Source: an uncultured Candidatus Saccharibacteria bacterium (lineage in GTDB: Bacteria; Patescibacteriota; CAZHWT01). Taken from it: a DNA stretch of 64,000 nt. The notes under the pieces are model-generated. The model saw only the letters and a program-made list of their open reading frames with translations. It was not told the DNA's origin and ran no database searches. A program made the position numbers and the translations under genes. This document shows positions 49,216-60,007 of this stretch, piece after piece. The DNA lies in NCBI GenBank assembly GCA_964554805.1, contig CAZKPX010000001.1:317798-381797 (forward strand), given 5' to 3'. The number at the start of each line of letters is the position of its first letter. Positions within the stretch are counted from its first letter, which is position 1.

Positions 49216-49923
49216 ATGGGTACATTGTATAAGAAGCCACAGGCGCCGAGACGCAAGAATCAGGCATTCCCGTGGTTAAAGATTGGCATTAATACGTTTA
49301 TTTTTGGCGGATTGCTGTATCTGCTAGTAAGCTTTTACCCAGTTTTGTCAGTTCAAGCTCAATATTATTGGGGGCAGTGGGCAAATAGGGGGGAGAGCGA
49401 ATATGTGGTAAGCGACCCTAAGCCGACTCCTGTAGTGCCGACTATCGGCGAGGGCCCTGCTTTGCCGGTTGCTCCTGTCAGCACTGACTTTAGCATTGTT
49501 ATTCCAAAGCTTAATATTAATGCGCCGATTGTGCCTGACGTCAATCCTGCTGACAAGAAGGCCTACCTGCGAGCCTTGGATGATGGGGTGGCCCATGCTT
49601 TAGGGACAGTCAAGCCGGGGCAGGTGGGGAACTCGTATATTTTTGCTCACTCGACAGCTAATTTGTTGAATATTGAGCGGTATGCTGCCGTATTTACTTT
49701 GCTGAATAAGCTTGAAGTAGGGGATCGAATCACTACTTTTTATGCCGGTCGCCGGTTCGACTACGCCGTGTCGAAGAGCTATATTGTAGACTTTACCAAT
49801 GTGACTCCTCTGACAAATACATACGACCGCCCAGTTTTGACCTTGCAGACATGCGATCCTCCTGGCACTGAGTTCCAGCGCTTGATTATCCAGGCTGAAC
49901 TGATCTCTGAATACACCAGATAA
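49216..49923 (+). CDS. sortase (class E-like transpeptidase)
   Basis: N-terminal TM; conserved His (IFAHS); TLQTCDPPGT (TLxTC active site); the ORF is open from 49120 through the SSR. Confidence 0.75.
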   Translation: MGTLYKKPQAPRRKNQAFPWLKIGINTFIFGGLLYLLVSFYPVLSVQAQYYWGQWANRGESEYVVSDPKPTPVVPTIGEGPALPVAPVSTDFSIVIPKLNINAPIVPDVNPADKKAYLRALDDGVAHALGTVKPGQVGNSYIFAHSTANLLNIERYAAVFTLLNKLEVGDRITTFYAGRRFDYAVSKSYIVDFTNVTPLTNTYDRPVLTLQTCDPPGTEFQRLIIQAELISEYTR

Positions 49924-49995
49924 ATACAGTTGTGAATTTATGGAGGTGGGAGGCTAGAGGCAGGGTTTTTATGTGGTTTTGAGTACGATCGGTAA

Positions 49996-50658
49996 GTGCG
50001 AGGGAATGCGTCTATGAAATTATTTTTGAGCTCGCAGGGAATACCTGTATCAGAGCAAGACAATTTCGTGCAGTTGTTTGATAAGGCTACGCCTGAAATT
50101 AGATTAGCTTGTATTTTGGATGCCAGTGAAGTTTACTCTGAGGAAGAGAAGAGGCCGTGGTTCTTCGAAGCCCAGGCGGAGTTGCAGAGCCTTGGTTGCC
50201 AGGTGGAAGAGATATTCTTGAAAGACTTTGTCGACAATACAGAGGGCCTAAAAGACCTGCTGACAAGCAAAGATGGTGTGTGGGTAGTGGGAGGGAATGC
50301 TCATTATTTGAGATATATGATGAGAGTTAGTGGATTTGATGACCTGATTAGAAGTTTATTGGCGAAGGGATTTGTCTATGCTGGGTATAGCGCCGGCGCA
50401 ATGATGGTAAGTGCAACTATTAAATATACCGATCTGGACGGAGAGATGCATGTTGAGCCTGAACGAGTTGATGACGGTTTGGGGTTGATTGATCAGGCTA
50501 TTATTCCTCACTGGGGCAGGACAGATAGGCTGGATTATTTAGAGGCTGTTGCTGCGGCCTATGAGTCTGAGGGAGTAGGGCTGTTAAAGTTGGCGGATGG
50601 GCAGGCTGTGGTGATTAATGAAGACTTCTTTGCAGGATTGAAGGCTAGTTTGACATAG
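49996..50658 (+). CDS. peptidase S51 (dipeptidase E / cyanophycinase-like) family protein
   Basis: VWVVGGNAHYL..GYSAGAMM (GGN..SAG motifs); paralog at 59242-59952. Confidence 0.6.
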   Translation: MRGNASMKLFLSSQGIPVSEQDNFVQLFDKATPEIRLACILDASEVYSEEEKRPWFFEAQAELQSLGCQVEEIFLKDFVDNTEGLKDLLTSKDGVWVVGGNAHYLRYMMRVSGFDDLIRSLLAKGFVYAGYSAGAMMVSATIKYTDLDGEMHVEPERVDDGLGLIDQAIIPHWGRTDRLDYLEAVAAAYESEGVGLLKLADGQAVVINEDFFAGLKASLT

Positions 50659-50720
50659 CTTTTCCGAAAGTCAGCCTTGTATGACATTCGGAAAGTGTAT
50701 TGAGGCTGACTTTCGGGAGT
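50658..50720 (+). repeat. REPIN (two inverted REPs)
   Basis: ttttccgaaagtcagcc..cattcggaaagtg..ggctgactttcggg. Confidence 0.6.
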
Positions 50721-50818
50721 GGGTGTGGGTTTATGTATTATAAAAGTCCTCTGTTTATGGAGGACTTTTATATATTTTGATATCTATTGATATTTTATGA
50801 TGTAGTTTAGACTTCTAT

Positions 50819-51685
50819 TTAGAGCTCTTCAAGCTTGAAGCCGTTGTCGTAGGATTGCTCAATATATTTGAGGTACTTCTCGGTGGTAGCAAGGCGCTTG
50901 TGGCCGGCTAGTTGAGAAATAACGACCAGGGATGTTCCGCTCTTGATATGATGAGCGATCCAGGTATGACGGAGGTCGTTAACACGAGCGTTTTTGACAC
51001 CAGCAATACGGAGATAGCGATCAATAGAAGTACGGATGTTGCGAACTAATAATGGCTTGCCGGTCTTGGTGATAAAAAGGATGTTGGTGCTGTTTGACTG
51101 AGGACGGACTGACAAATAGGCTTTGAGGGCATCAATGGCAGCTTTGGTCAGCGGAATATCGCGCACAGCGCCTTCGGTAGAAACGTGAAGTGTGCCTTCT
51201 TTTTTCTTATCATCAAAATTGATATCTTCAACGGTCAGGCTGGTCAGTTCACCAATACGAATACCGGTTTGGAGAAGCAGCTCAACGATGGCAGAGGTGC
51301 GAATATCACCGCGACAGGCATCGCGAAGCGCTCGATATTCAGTCTTGCTCAAAATACGAGGTGGAGGAGTGTCGAACTTAGGATGCGCTAATAAATTAGC
51401 AGGATCTTCGTTGATGGCATTCAGAGACTTGAGATAGCGGAAGAAGGTCTTGGTTGAGTTGGTCTTGCGAGAAATACTTTTAGCAGTATAGCCACCTTGA
51501 CTTAGTTTATTCATAAAGCCTTGTAAGTCTTCTTTGGTAGCATCAGTGGCCTCAAGCTTGCCATTTTCGGCCAAGAAATCAACCAATTGTTCAATATCCT
51601 TGCCGTACGCTAATACAGTGGAAGGAGAGCGGCGGTTGTCTTTGAGGTTGTTTACAAATTGTTGGTGCGCGTCTTTTAATAACAT
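50819..51685 (-). CDS. tyrosine site-specific recombinase (XerC/XerD-like)
   Basis: R..HxxR..Y catalytic residues (LRHTWIAH..GHKRLATTEKYL); 288 aa. Confidence 0.75.
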   Translation of the reverse strand: MLLKDAHQQFVNNLKDNRRSPSTVLAYGKDIEQLVDFLAENGKLEATDATKEDLQGFMNKLSQGGYTAKSISRKTNSTKTFFRYLKSLNAINEDPANLLAHPKFDTPPPRILSKTEYRALRDACRGDIRTSAIVELLLQTGIRIGELTSLTVEDINFDDKKKEGTLHVSTEGAVRDIPLTKAAIDALKAYLSVRPQSNSTNILFITKTGKPLLVRNIRTSIDRYLRIAGVKNARVNDLRHTWIAHHIKSGTSLVVISQLAGHKRLATTEKYLKYIEQSYDNGFKLEEL

Positions 51686-51997
51686 GGTAGTTACCCTTAT
51701 AGATATATTGCATCCGTCCGCTAACCGTTGGGTCTCACTAAGAGAGGGCTGATAGTGAAGCTTAGCGGTTGCACAGTCACATGGCCTATAATATAACAGA
51801 TGTTGTTTAGTCTGTCAAGGATTTTGGAGTAGCAATATTGCCGAGATAGTCATTTCTGATTATGCTTGCTTGTAAGCCGAGAGTAGTTGAGTTACACTTT
51901 AAGTGCGTCAAGTATCAAGCATGTTGTTGGTATGTAATGTAGTTTTGGATATTGCTAGTAGTCTTGGCTAGGATTTGATGCGTCATTTTAGTAATTA

Positions 51998-52396
51998 TTG
52001 TTCATGAACCGATCATTTTTCACCTCGCCTATATTAAGTGTGTGCTTGCTTGTAGTCTTTGGCTATATGGCAATTAATGTGGCTCAAACGGCTATTGGAG
52101 GGCGTGATACAAGCGGTGGCAAGAGTGATTTGGTTAAAGAAGTCGATACTTTGGTTCAAAAGAAGAAGCGTCTTGAGGATGAATTGGCTTGGGTAAAAAC
52201 TGAGCAGTACGTTGAGCAGGAAGCGCGAAATCAGCTTCATTTGACCAAGCCGAATGAGATTGTGGTGGTGTATCCGGCGCAGCAGGCTGTATTGGGTGAT
52301 TCTATGCAGACTCAGCGAAAAGTGGAAGAGCATAGGGATGAGTGGCCAGGATTTGTTGGGGAATGGTTGGAGATTTTTGGAATGCCCGCCCGCTAA
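51998..52396 (+). CDS. FtsB/DivIC-like septum formation initiator
   Basis: N-terminal TM helix plus coiled coil LEDELAWVKTEQYVEQEARNQLHLTKPNEIVV. Confidence 0.5.
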   Translation: MFMNRSFFTSPILSVCLLVVFGYMAINVAQTAIGGRDTSGGKSDLVKEVDTLVQKKKRLEDELAWVKTEQYVEQEARNQLHLTKPNEIVVVYPAQQAVLGDSMQTQRKVEEHRDEWPGFVGEWLEIFGMPAR

Positions 52397-52787
52397 GTTC
52401 GTTGGATGACTGATATCTGATTTGGAAAATGTAAAACAGGAGACGCGGGAGGAGTATAGCCCTGTTTGTGGCGGATATGGAGTATTGGATGTGAAGGGGG
52501 AGAGCAGGCAACCATAACACGAACCCGGAGCGGTGTGCCGGGTTCGTGTTATGGTTGGGTGTTGGAGATTTAGGGCTCTGGGGATTTGGGTAGGTTTAAG
52601 ATTACAGAAGAGGCAGGTAGTGGCAGGGGGCGCTTCTTTTATCTGGCTTGTTGGCTGGGGAGTAGGCTGGCTCGGTACTAGTTCGTATTCGCTATCAATC
52701 AGTGGTTGGTGGTTTGCAATAACAGGGAGATCATGGTATAGTAAGCGAGCTCGAAAGGTGGATTAGAGTGTTTGTATCTTACTGCGT

Positions 52788-52862
52788 CGGGGGTTGGAGG
52801 AGCGGCACCTCGCAAGGCTCATAACCTTGAGACCGTGGGTTCGAGTCCCACACCCCCAACCA
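52788..52862 (+). tRNA. initiator tRNA-fMet (anticodon CAT)
   Basis: C1-A72 mismatch (cgggggt / accccca); anticodon arm caagg-ctCATaa-ccttg; T-arm gtggg-ttcgagt-cccac; aCCA encoded. Confidence 0.8.
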
Positions 52863-52915
52863 AGTAGGATATATATCGGCTGTGAATGTGTGTAAAAGTT
52901 CAGTTTTTAAATTTA

Positions 52916-52990
52916 GTCAGCGTAGCTCAGTGGTAGAGCAGCGGACTCATAAGCCGCCGGTCACAGGTTCGAGCCCTGTCGCTGACACCA
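52916..52990 (+). tRNA. tRNA-Met or tRNA-Ile2 (anticodon CAT)
   Basis: Acceptor gtcagcg/cgctgac; anticodon loop ctCATaa; T-loop ttcgagc. Confidence 0.8.
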
Positions 52991-53240
52991 GAAGTCCGTT
53001 TAGCGGATTTTTATTTTTCCCTTATTTTGATTGATTATTATATATAATATAGAGGCTGCTCGTCTGTTGGCAGTCGTTCTTTTGTTGTGCTAAGATAGCA
53101 TAGTACTGATTGGCACATTGCTTGTGGCTATTACTGTGATAGTATATATCTGGAGTAGACTCAATCAGATGAATCAATTATATTTATAGTTGAGATTTGG
53201 AATACTGGCGTAGGCGGTTCAGATTTTAAGAAAGGCTTTT

Positions 53241-55211
53241 ATGGATTCAACACATTCTTCGGGTAATCAATTGACTAAGGGTAAGAGTAGTGGCGCAGGG
53301 GGGCAGGGTGGCTGGATGAACAATAGCCGCAACTATCTGGTTTATTTCATTGCGGTCGTTATCGGATTGCTGCTTATTTATACTTATATTTTCCCTCATG
53401 ATAGTGCGCCAGATCAGATTAACCTATCTCAGGCGATCCAGGATATTAATGAAGGCAAAGTTAAGCGAGCTTTGATTGACGGCGATACTGTTACTTTGGA
53501 ATACAAAGAAGACGGCGAGAAGAAGACAACTACTAAGGAAGCTGGGGATACGTTTATTAATCAATTAGTAGCAAATGGCGTGTCTTTGGATAAACTTGAG
53601 ATCGAGCCAAAAGATACAAGCAGTGATGCATTCTGGGGCACCTTGCTATCTTTCTTGCCTATTATATTGATTGCCGCCTTCTTTTTCTTTATTCTGCGTC
53701 AGTCTCGTAATGCTTCCGGATCTTTATTTGCCTTTGGTAAATCGCGCGCTAAGATGTTTGCGCAGGATCGTCCTAAGGTTAAATTTAAGGATGTGGCTGG
53801 CGTTGATGAGGCCAAGCAGGAATTGGAGGAAGTTATTGAGTTCTTGCGAACTCCAGAGAAGTTCCAGAAACTGGGAGCCAAGATTCCTAAGGGTGTATTG
53901 TTGGTAGGCCCTCCAGGTACGGGTAAGACCTTGCTAGCTCGAGCTATTGCCGGTGAAGCTGGAACGCCATTCTTCTCAATTGCCGGTAGTGAGTTTATGG
54001 AGATGTTGGTGGGTGTGGGCGCGAGCCGGGTTCGTGATTTGTTTGATACGGCCAAGAAAGCTTCGCCGGCCATTATATTTATCGATGAGATAGATGCGAT
54101 TGGTCGCCAGCGCGGAGCAGGTTTGGGTGGTGGCCATGATGAGAGAGAACAAACTTTGAACCAGATTTTGGTGGAGATGGATGGTTTTGATCAGACTAGC
54201 AATGTGATTGTGATTGCTTCGACCAACCGCCCTGATGTATTGGATCCAGCTTTGTTGCGACCGGGTCGATTTGATCGACGGGTTATTATTGATTTGCCTG
54301 ATCTTGAGGGGCGCAAGGCTATTATGAGTATTCATATGCGTAATAAGCCGATTGAGGCCGGAGTGGATGTGGTGAAGTTGGCTCGTCGGACCGTTGGTTT
54401 CTCGGGAGCTGATTTGGAAAGCATGCTTAATGAAGCAGCTATTACGGCAGCTCGCAAGAATGCTAAGGAGATTACTGCCTTGGACCTGGAAGATGCTGCG
54501 ACTAAGGTTAAGATGGGGCCTGAGAAGCGTCGTTTGCAGACCGAAGAGGATAAGCGATCGACTGCTTATCACGAAGCGGGTCATGCGATCGTGGCTCGGT
54601 TTATGCCTGAGACGGATCCGGTTCACCGCATTACGATTGTGTCTCGCGGTATGGCTCTGGGGTACAACCTGATTTTGCCGACTATGGATCGTTATAATGA
54701 GACTAAGACGCGGTTGTTCTCGATTATTGCTTATGCGATGGGTGGGCGAGCTGCTGAAGAGCTGATTTATGGTGAGCCGACAACTGGGGCTTCGAATGAC
54801 TTTGAGAAAGCGACTCAGATTGCTCGGGATATGGTAACTCGATATGGAATGAGCGAGCTGGGGCCGATCAATTTGGTTGCGTCTGAAGAAGAGATGGTCT
54901 TCCTAGGGCGCGGTGCTGGTCATCGGACAAATTTTTCTGAAGACACTAATCGGAAGATCGATGGTGAGGTGAAGCGTATTCTGGATGAAGCTTATGCGGC
55001 TGCTCTGAAGACATTGAAGGAGCATAAGGATAAGTTGGAAATAGTGACCGATACATTAATGGATCAGGAAACTATTGAGGCTGAAGAGTTTGAGAAGATG
55101 ATGATGGAAACTGAAAAATGGAAGGCTGGGAAGGCTAAAGCTAGCGACAAGCGACAGGCGGCGAGCGACGAGGGTGGGGAGAAGAGAGAAGAGAAAAGCG
55201 AGAAGAAGTAG
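53241..55211 (+). CDS. ftsH: ATP-dependent zinc metalloprotease FtsH
   Basis: Two N-terminal TM helices; Walker A GPPGTGKT; SRH region; zinc motif HEAGHA. Confidence 0.9.
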   Translation: MDSTHSSGNQLTKGKSSGAGGQGGWMNNSRNYLVYFIAVVIGLLLIYTYIFPHDSAPDQINLSQAIQDINEGKVKRALIDGDTVTLEYKEDGEKKTTTKEAGDTFINQLVANGVSLDKLEIEPKDTSSDAFWGTLLSFLPIILIAAFFFFILRQSRNASGSLFAFGKSRAKMFAQDRPKVKFKDVAGVDEAKQELEEVIEFLRTPEKFQKLGAKIPKGVLLVGPPGTGKTLLARAIAGEAGTPFFSIAGSEFMEMLVGVGASRVRDLFDTAKKASPAIIFIDEIDAIGRQRGAGLGGGHDEREQTLNQILVEMDGFDQTSNVIVIASTNRPDVLDPALLRPGRFDRRVIIDLPDLEGRKAIMSIHMRNKPIEAGVDVVKLARRTVGFSGADLESMLNEAAITAARKNAKEITALDLEDAATKVKMGPEKRRLQTEEDKRSTAYHEAGHAIVARFMPETDPVHRITIVSRGMALGYNLILPTMDRYNETKTRLFSIIAYAMGGRAAEELIYGEPTTGASNDFEKATQIARDMVTRYGMSELGPINLVASEEEMVFLGRGAGHRTNFSEDTNRKIDGEVKRILDEAYAAALKTLKEHKDKLEIVTDTLMDQETIEAEEFEKMMMETEKWKAGKAKASDKRQAASDEGGEKREEKSEKK

Positions 55212-55285
55212 GATCTGTTACCGCTGATAATTAACATAGAAGTCAGAGCCGGGTTTATTGACCTGGCTCTGACTTGGTGTGGGGT

Positions 55286-56152
55286 TTACGATTGAGCGAA
55301 ATGGCTGTTGATATAGTCGAGAGTGCCATTGTCGAACAGGGTTGTGGGGTAGTCAATTGGGAATGGAGCACTTAGGTCTGTTAATTGACTGATCATCGAG
55401 GTTTTTCCGACGTAGATGAATTTGACTTGTAAGCCTTGTTTATGGAGGTGGGTAGCCATGTCTATATCTGATTTACTATCACCAAAGCATTGATATGAGT
55501 ATTTTGGACATGACTGAGACTGGTTTTGGAACATGATTTCTAACATTCGTTGGGCGCCTAAATCCTTGCCTGAGTGGTTGTTTTCGATGTCGGTAGCGAT
55601 AGCGGTGGGGTCAACTTTTAGCTGATCTGCTAGTTGATGGGTATTGATAAGAGCATTGAGATCGTTAACCATAGCATGTTGCTGTTGTTCAAATAGAGCG
55701 ATATCCAGACCAGTTTTCATTTCTACAGTAGCCATGGTCAACTTTGAATGATCATAGAACATGGTCTGGCTGTATTTATTAGTAACCAATTGGTTGATGT
55801 CATCTTGGAGAGATTTAGGGACAGCCGTATGAGGATCTATATTGATAATTGATGATCAGGTTTCGATAGGAGCTTGACTTAGTTGACTACCACGTATCCA
55901 AGTGCCACCCTTTTCTCCAATAGCCAGCAGATTTTGTGCTTTTTGCTGGTCAATTGATTGGATGAGAGGCTGTAATAAGGGTTGCTCTAGCCAGCTAATT
56001 GAACGGCCGGTGTTGAAGGTTATTAGATATCCGGATTGAAGAAGCTGGGAGAGAGCGGTGATTAGGGCTGGTTGTACTTGCTTGGTAGTGGGATTGGTTA
56101 AAACACCATCTACATCAAAGAGAAGGGCGATATTGGGGGCATTTGTATTCAT
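55286..56152 (-). pseudogene. HAD-superfamily hydrolase interrupted by an in-frame TGA
   Basis: Motif I LFDVDGVL in ORF 55856-56152 and motif IV CFGDSKSDIDMA in ORF 55286-55789; same frame, separated by one TGA (plus-strand tca at 55856-55858). Confidence 0.5.
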
Positions 56153-56201
56153 GCTGAAAGTATACAGTATCGTGGTACAATAGTCTCTGATAAAAGGAGG
56201 G

Positions 56202-58997
56202 GTGGTAATGAAGAAATTATTATTAGTTGATGGAAATGCTCAGCTACATCGGGCATATCATGCTATACCTCCGCTGACCACTCGGAGTGGGGAGCAGGTT
56301 AATGCTATTTTTGGATTTTGGTCGTTGTTTTTGCGATCGTTGAAGGATTTGGAGCCGGATGGGGTGGTGTTTACGTTTGATAAGTCGAGTAATACATTTC
56401 GACATGATATGTATGATAAATATAAGGCGACGCGGCAGAAGATGGAGCCTGATTTGGCGGCCCAGATTCCGAGACTGAAGGAAGTGGTGGCAGCCAGCAG
56501 GATGCCGGTGCTTGAGTTGGAGGGTTTTGAGGCTGATGATTTGATTGGGACGATGGCGCGGCAGGCTTTTGAGGGTTCTGATGCTTGCCAGGTTTATATT
56601 ATGACGGCTGATATGGACGCGGCTCAGTTGGTTAATGAGCGGGTGTCTATTTATACGGCTAAGCATAAAATTTCTGAAGTGGCTTTGTATGATGTGGCAG
56701 GGATTATAGAGAAATTTAAGGGGTTGAGGCCGGACCAGATTGTTGACTACAAGGCTTTGAGAGGCGATAGCTCGGATAATATTCCTGGTGTGGCCGGGGT
56801 GGGGGAGAAAACTGCTACTGATTTATTGTTGAGATACCAGCATCTGGACCCTATTTATGAGCATTTGACTGAGTTGCCTAATCGGGCTCAAATGTTGTTG
56901 GAACAGGGCAAGGACTTGGCTTATCTGTCGCAAAAATTGGCGACTATTAACACCGAAGCTCCGGTGTCGTTTGACTTTGAGGCTAGTGATATTGGGCAGT
57001 TTGATGGTGCGGCAGTGGGGGGATTGTTTCGGGAGCTTGAGTTTAGAAGTCTGGTTGGGAAGCTGCCGGTTAGTGAGCGACATGCGACAAGCGACAAGCG
57101 ACAAGAGTATTTAAGGGCTTCACTCCCTGTTACCGATAGCCTAGAGCTTGGAGGGGAGAATTTGGATAGAAGTGAGAAGAGAGAAGAGAGAAGCCAGCCT
57201 CTAGCCTCCTATGTCTTGGTAGAAAATGCGGTTGATTTGCAAAAAATCGTTGATGAGATAAAGAAATCTGGCGAGGTGGCTTTTGATACGGAGACGACGG
57301 GGGTGGATGTATGGCGGTCGGATGTGTTGGGAGTGTCATGTTCGGTGGAGGCGGGGACCGGTTATTATATTCCGGTGGCTGAATGGTCTATACCGTTGTT
57401 GAAGAGCTGGCTGGAGGATGAATCGATCAAAAAGATTGCTCATAACGCTAAGTTTGATGTTGAATCGTTGTTGCAAGTGGGAATTGAGGTGGCTGGAGTA
57501 AGTTTTGACACGATGTTGGCGGCCTATGTATTGAAAGAAGGCACCGGTCGGTATGGTTTGAAGGAGTTGGCTTTTGAGGAGTTGGGGATTAATGCTACGC
57601 CGATTACAGAGCTGATTGGGACCGGATCGAAGCAGTTGACGCTGGATATGGTGGATCAGCAGGAAGTGGCTCAGTATGCCGGCGCGGATGCTGATCATAC
57701 TTGGCAATTGTATAAAATATATAAACCGCAGTTTGAGGATCAGGATGGATTGCGTCGGATATTTTTTGATATTGAGATGCCAGTCAGTCAGGTTTTGACC
57801 AGTATGGAACGCAAAGGTATAGTGCTAGATAGCGAATTTTTGGCTGCTATGTCAACTAGATTAAGCGAACAGATTGGTCTGCTTGAGCAAGAAATTTATG
57901 CAGATGCCGGGCATGAGTTTAATATTAATTCGCCGAAGCAGTTGGGTGATGTTTTGTTTGATGAGTTGCATTTGCCGGTTAATAAGAAGACTAAAACTGG
58001 CCGCTCGACCGATGAGTCGGTGTTGCAGGGCTTGAAAGGGGCGCACCCGATTATTGAGCGAATATTACAATATCGTGAATTGTATAAGTTGCGCTCAACC
58101 TATGTAGATGCGTTGCCTCAGTTGGTGTCGCCTCGGGATGGGCGGATTCATACTTCGTATAATCAGGCGGTGGCGGCGACTGGACGATTGTCTTCGACCA
58201 ATCCTAACTTGCAGAATATTCCAATTAAGACTGAAGTAGGGCGGCGGATTCGCCAGGCTTTTTTGGCTAATCAGGGTCAAAAATTGGTATCGATTGACTA
58301 CTCCCAAATTGAATTACGATTGCTGGCATATGTATCGGGTGATAAGAACTTGATCGAGGCGTTTGCTAGCGGAGAGGATGTGCATAAGGCGACGGCGGCT
58401 AAGGTGTTTAATTGCTCTATAGCTGAAGTGACGAGTGATCAGCGGCGGGTGGCCAAGACAATTAACTTCGGTATTATGTACGGTCAATCGGCGCATGGGT
58501 TGTCTCAACAGTTGGGCATTGGGCGAGAGCAGGCGGCGACTTTTATTAGTGATTATTTCAAAGTTTACGACGGGGTGAGAGCTTATCTGGATTCATCGAT
58601 AGCTGAAGCTCATAAGCAGGGCTTTGTGGAGACGGTATTTGGTCGTCGTCGTCGGATTCCGGAGCTGGCTTCTAAGAATTTTATGTTGCGGCAGGGGGCT
58701 GAGCGAATGGCTATTAATATGCCGATTCAGGGAGCGGCTGCGGATATTATTAAGATTGCTATGATCGCAGTTGATGGATACTTGGAAAATAATACATTTG
58801 AGGCTCAGATGTTGCTGCAGGTGCATGATGAATTGGTGTTTAGTATGCCTGAGTCGGAAATTGCGGTGGTGGTGCCGAAGATTGTTGGGTTGATGGAGAA
58901 TGTGGGTGAGTTTGCGGAGGATAAAAAACCGACTGTACAATTGGTGGCGGAGGCGAAGGTGGGGGATAATTGGGGGGAGATGGTGGCTTTGGATTAG
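56202..58997 (+). CDS. polA: DNA polymerase I
   Basis: 5'-3' exonuclease N-terminus; 3'-5' exonuclease VAFDTETTG; polymerase motifs DYSQIELR and QVHDELVF; 931 aa. Confidence 0.9.
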   Translation: MVMKKLLLVDGNAQLHRAYHAIPPLTTRSGEQVNAIFGFWSLFLRSLKDLEPDGVVFTFDKSSNTFRHDMYDKYKATRQKMEPDLAAQIPRLKEVVAASRMPVLELEGFEADDLIGTMARQAFEGSDACQVYIMTADMDAAQLVNERVSIYTAKHKISEVALYDVAGIIEKFKGLRPDQIVDYKALRGDSSDNIPGVAGVGEKTATDLLLRYQHLDPIYEHLTELPNRAQMLLEQGKDLAYLSQKLATINTEAPVSFDFEASDIGQFDGAAVGGLFRELEFRSLVGKLPVSERHATSDKRQEYLRASLPVTDSLELGGENLDRSEKREERSQPLASYVLVENAVDLQKIVDEIKKSGEVAFDTETTGVDVWRSDVLGVSCSVEAGTGYYIPVAEWSIPLLKSWLEDESIKKIAHNAKFDVESLLQVGIEVAGVSFDTMLAAYVLKEGTGRYGLKELAFEELGINATPITELIGTGSKQLTLDMVDQQEVAQYAGADADHTWQLYKIYKPQFEDQDGLRRIFFDIEMPVSQVLTSMERKGIVLDSEFLAAMSTRLSEQIGLLEQEIYADAGHEFNINSPKQLGDVLFDELHLPVNKKTKTGRSTDESVLQGLKGAHPIIERILQYRELYKLRSTYVDALPQLVSPRDGRIHTSYNQAVAATGRLSSTNPNLQNIPIKTEVGRRIRQAFLANQGQKLVSIDYSQIELRLLAYVSGDKNLIEAFASGEDVHKATAAKVFNCSIAEVTSDQRRVAKTINFGIMYGQSAHGLSQQLGIGREQAATFISDYFKVYDGVRAYLDSSIAEAHKQGFVETVFGRRRRIPELASKNFMLRQGAERMAINMPIQGAAADIIKIAMIAVDGYLENNTFEAQMLLQVHDELVFSMPESEIAVVVPKIVGLMENVGEFAEDKKPTVQLVAEAKVGDNWGEMVALD

Positions 58998-59241
58998 ACG
59001 GGGTCTCGGGGCACCCATGCTCGCGCATTCCTCGGGAAATGTAAATTTCCCTGCGGGATGGGCTGTGCTGGGCTTCCCTGCGACAGCTTCTGTGATCACC
59101 CCTGCCTTCGCAGGGGCAGGCTCTCAAAATCTCCTCGCAATAAAATAATTTATTGCTGCGGGATTTCAAGGGCTTCGCTCCCAGCAGATTTAAGGTTGTA
59201 GGTATTGGGTTCTTTGGTGAGCGCTGTCTCCAGTCGCCCGG

Positions 59242-59952
59242 ATGAATTGCATAAATGGGAGCCAGATGATTATGAAAGCTTTGCTTACTTCGGATGGAAT
59301 AACTAATGAATCTTTGATGGTGACTTTGAAAGGTTTGGCTGTCATGGATCAACCGAAGGTGGCTTTTGTGGCTACGGCGGCTGGGTTGGAAGGGGATCAA
59401 AGTTGGGTTGAGGAGATTCGGCAGGGTATAAGAGGTGTGGGCGGGGTGATTATTGAAACGGATATTAGCAAATTAAGCCAGCTGCAGATAAGGGATAATT
59501 GTGAGAGTGCTGATGTTATTTGGCTTAATGGTGGGAATAATTTTTATTTAGCCTATTGGATGAGGAGGTCTGGCTTGGCTGGGATGCTGCCTTTGATGCT
59601 GGAAGATAAGGTTTATGTGGGTTTGAGTGCGGGATCGATGGTTGCGGGTTGTAGTATGAGCCTGACAGAGACTTTCTTTCCTGGCGAGCCTAAAGAATTT
59701 TTTGCAGCTGTACCAGAAGTGGGTGATGAGCAGGTTGAAGGCCTTGGTTGGTTGGATTTTGCTATTCTGCCGCATTATTTGTCTGAGAATCCTTATTTCT
59801 CTGAATTGAGGGATGCAGATGAGGTGAAGAAAAATGCTCTACAATATGGTTATCCTATTTGGGCGATTAGTGATGGTTGTGGTATTGTTGTGGACGGAAA
59901 TAAGGTGGAGATTGTGGGTGATGGGGCGTGGAAGAAATTTAACCAGAACTAA
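59242..59952 (+). CDS. peptidase S51 family protein
   Basis: VIWLNGGNNFYL..GLSAGSMV; the likely start is ATG 59266 or 59272. Confidence 0.6.
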   Translation: MNCINGSQMIMKALLTSDGITNESLMVTLKGLAVMDQPKVAFVATAAGLEGDQSWVEEIRQGIRGVGGVIIETDISKLSQLQIRDNCESADVIWLNGGNNFYLAYWMRRSGLAGMLPLMLEDKVYVGLSAGSMVAGCSMSLTETFFPGEPKEFFAAVPEVGDEQVEGLGWLDFAILPHYLSENPYFSELRDADEVKKNALQYGYPIWAISDGCGIVVDGNKVEIVGDGAWKKFNQN

Positions 59953-60007
59953 CTACTAAGATTCCTGTCTGCTCAGGAATGGCGGTGAGAGTGAGAGGAG
60001 TATTAAA

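Noticed and set aside
55856-55858. Alternative genetic code (TGA as sense codon, as in code 4/25 lineages)
   Set aside because: Other well-supported genes (for example mutM at 60899-60901) terminate with TGA, and no other long gene needs TGA read-through. The single in-frame TGA in the HAD gene is better explained as a pseudogene or an error.
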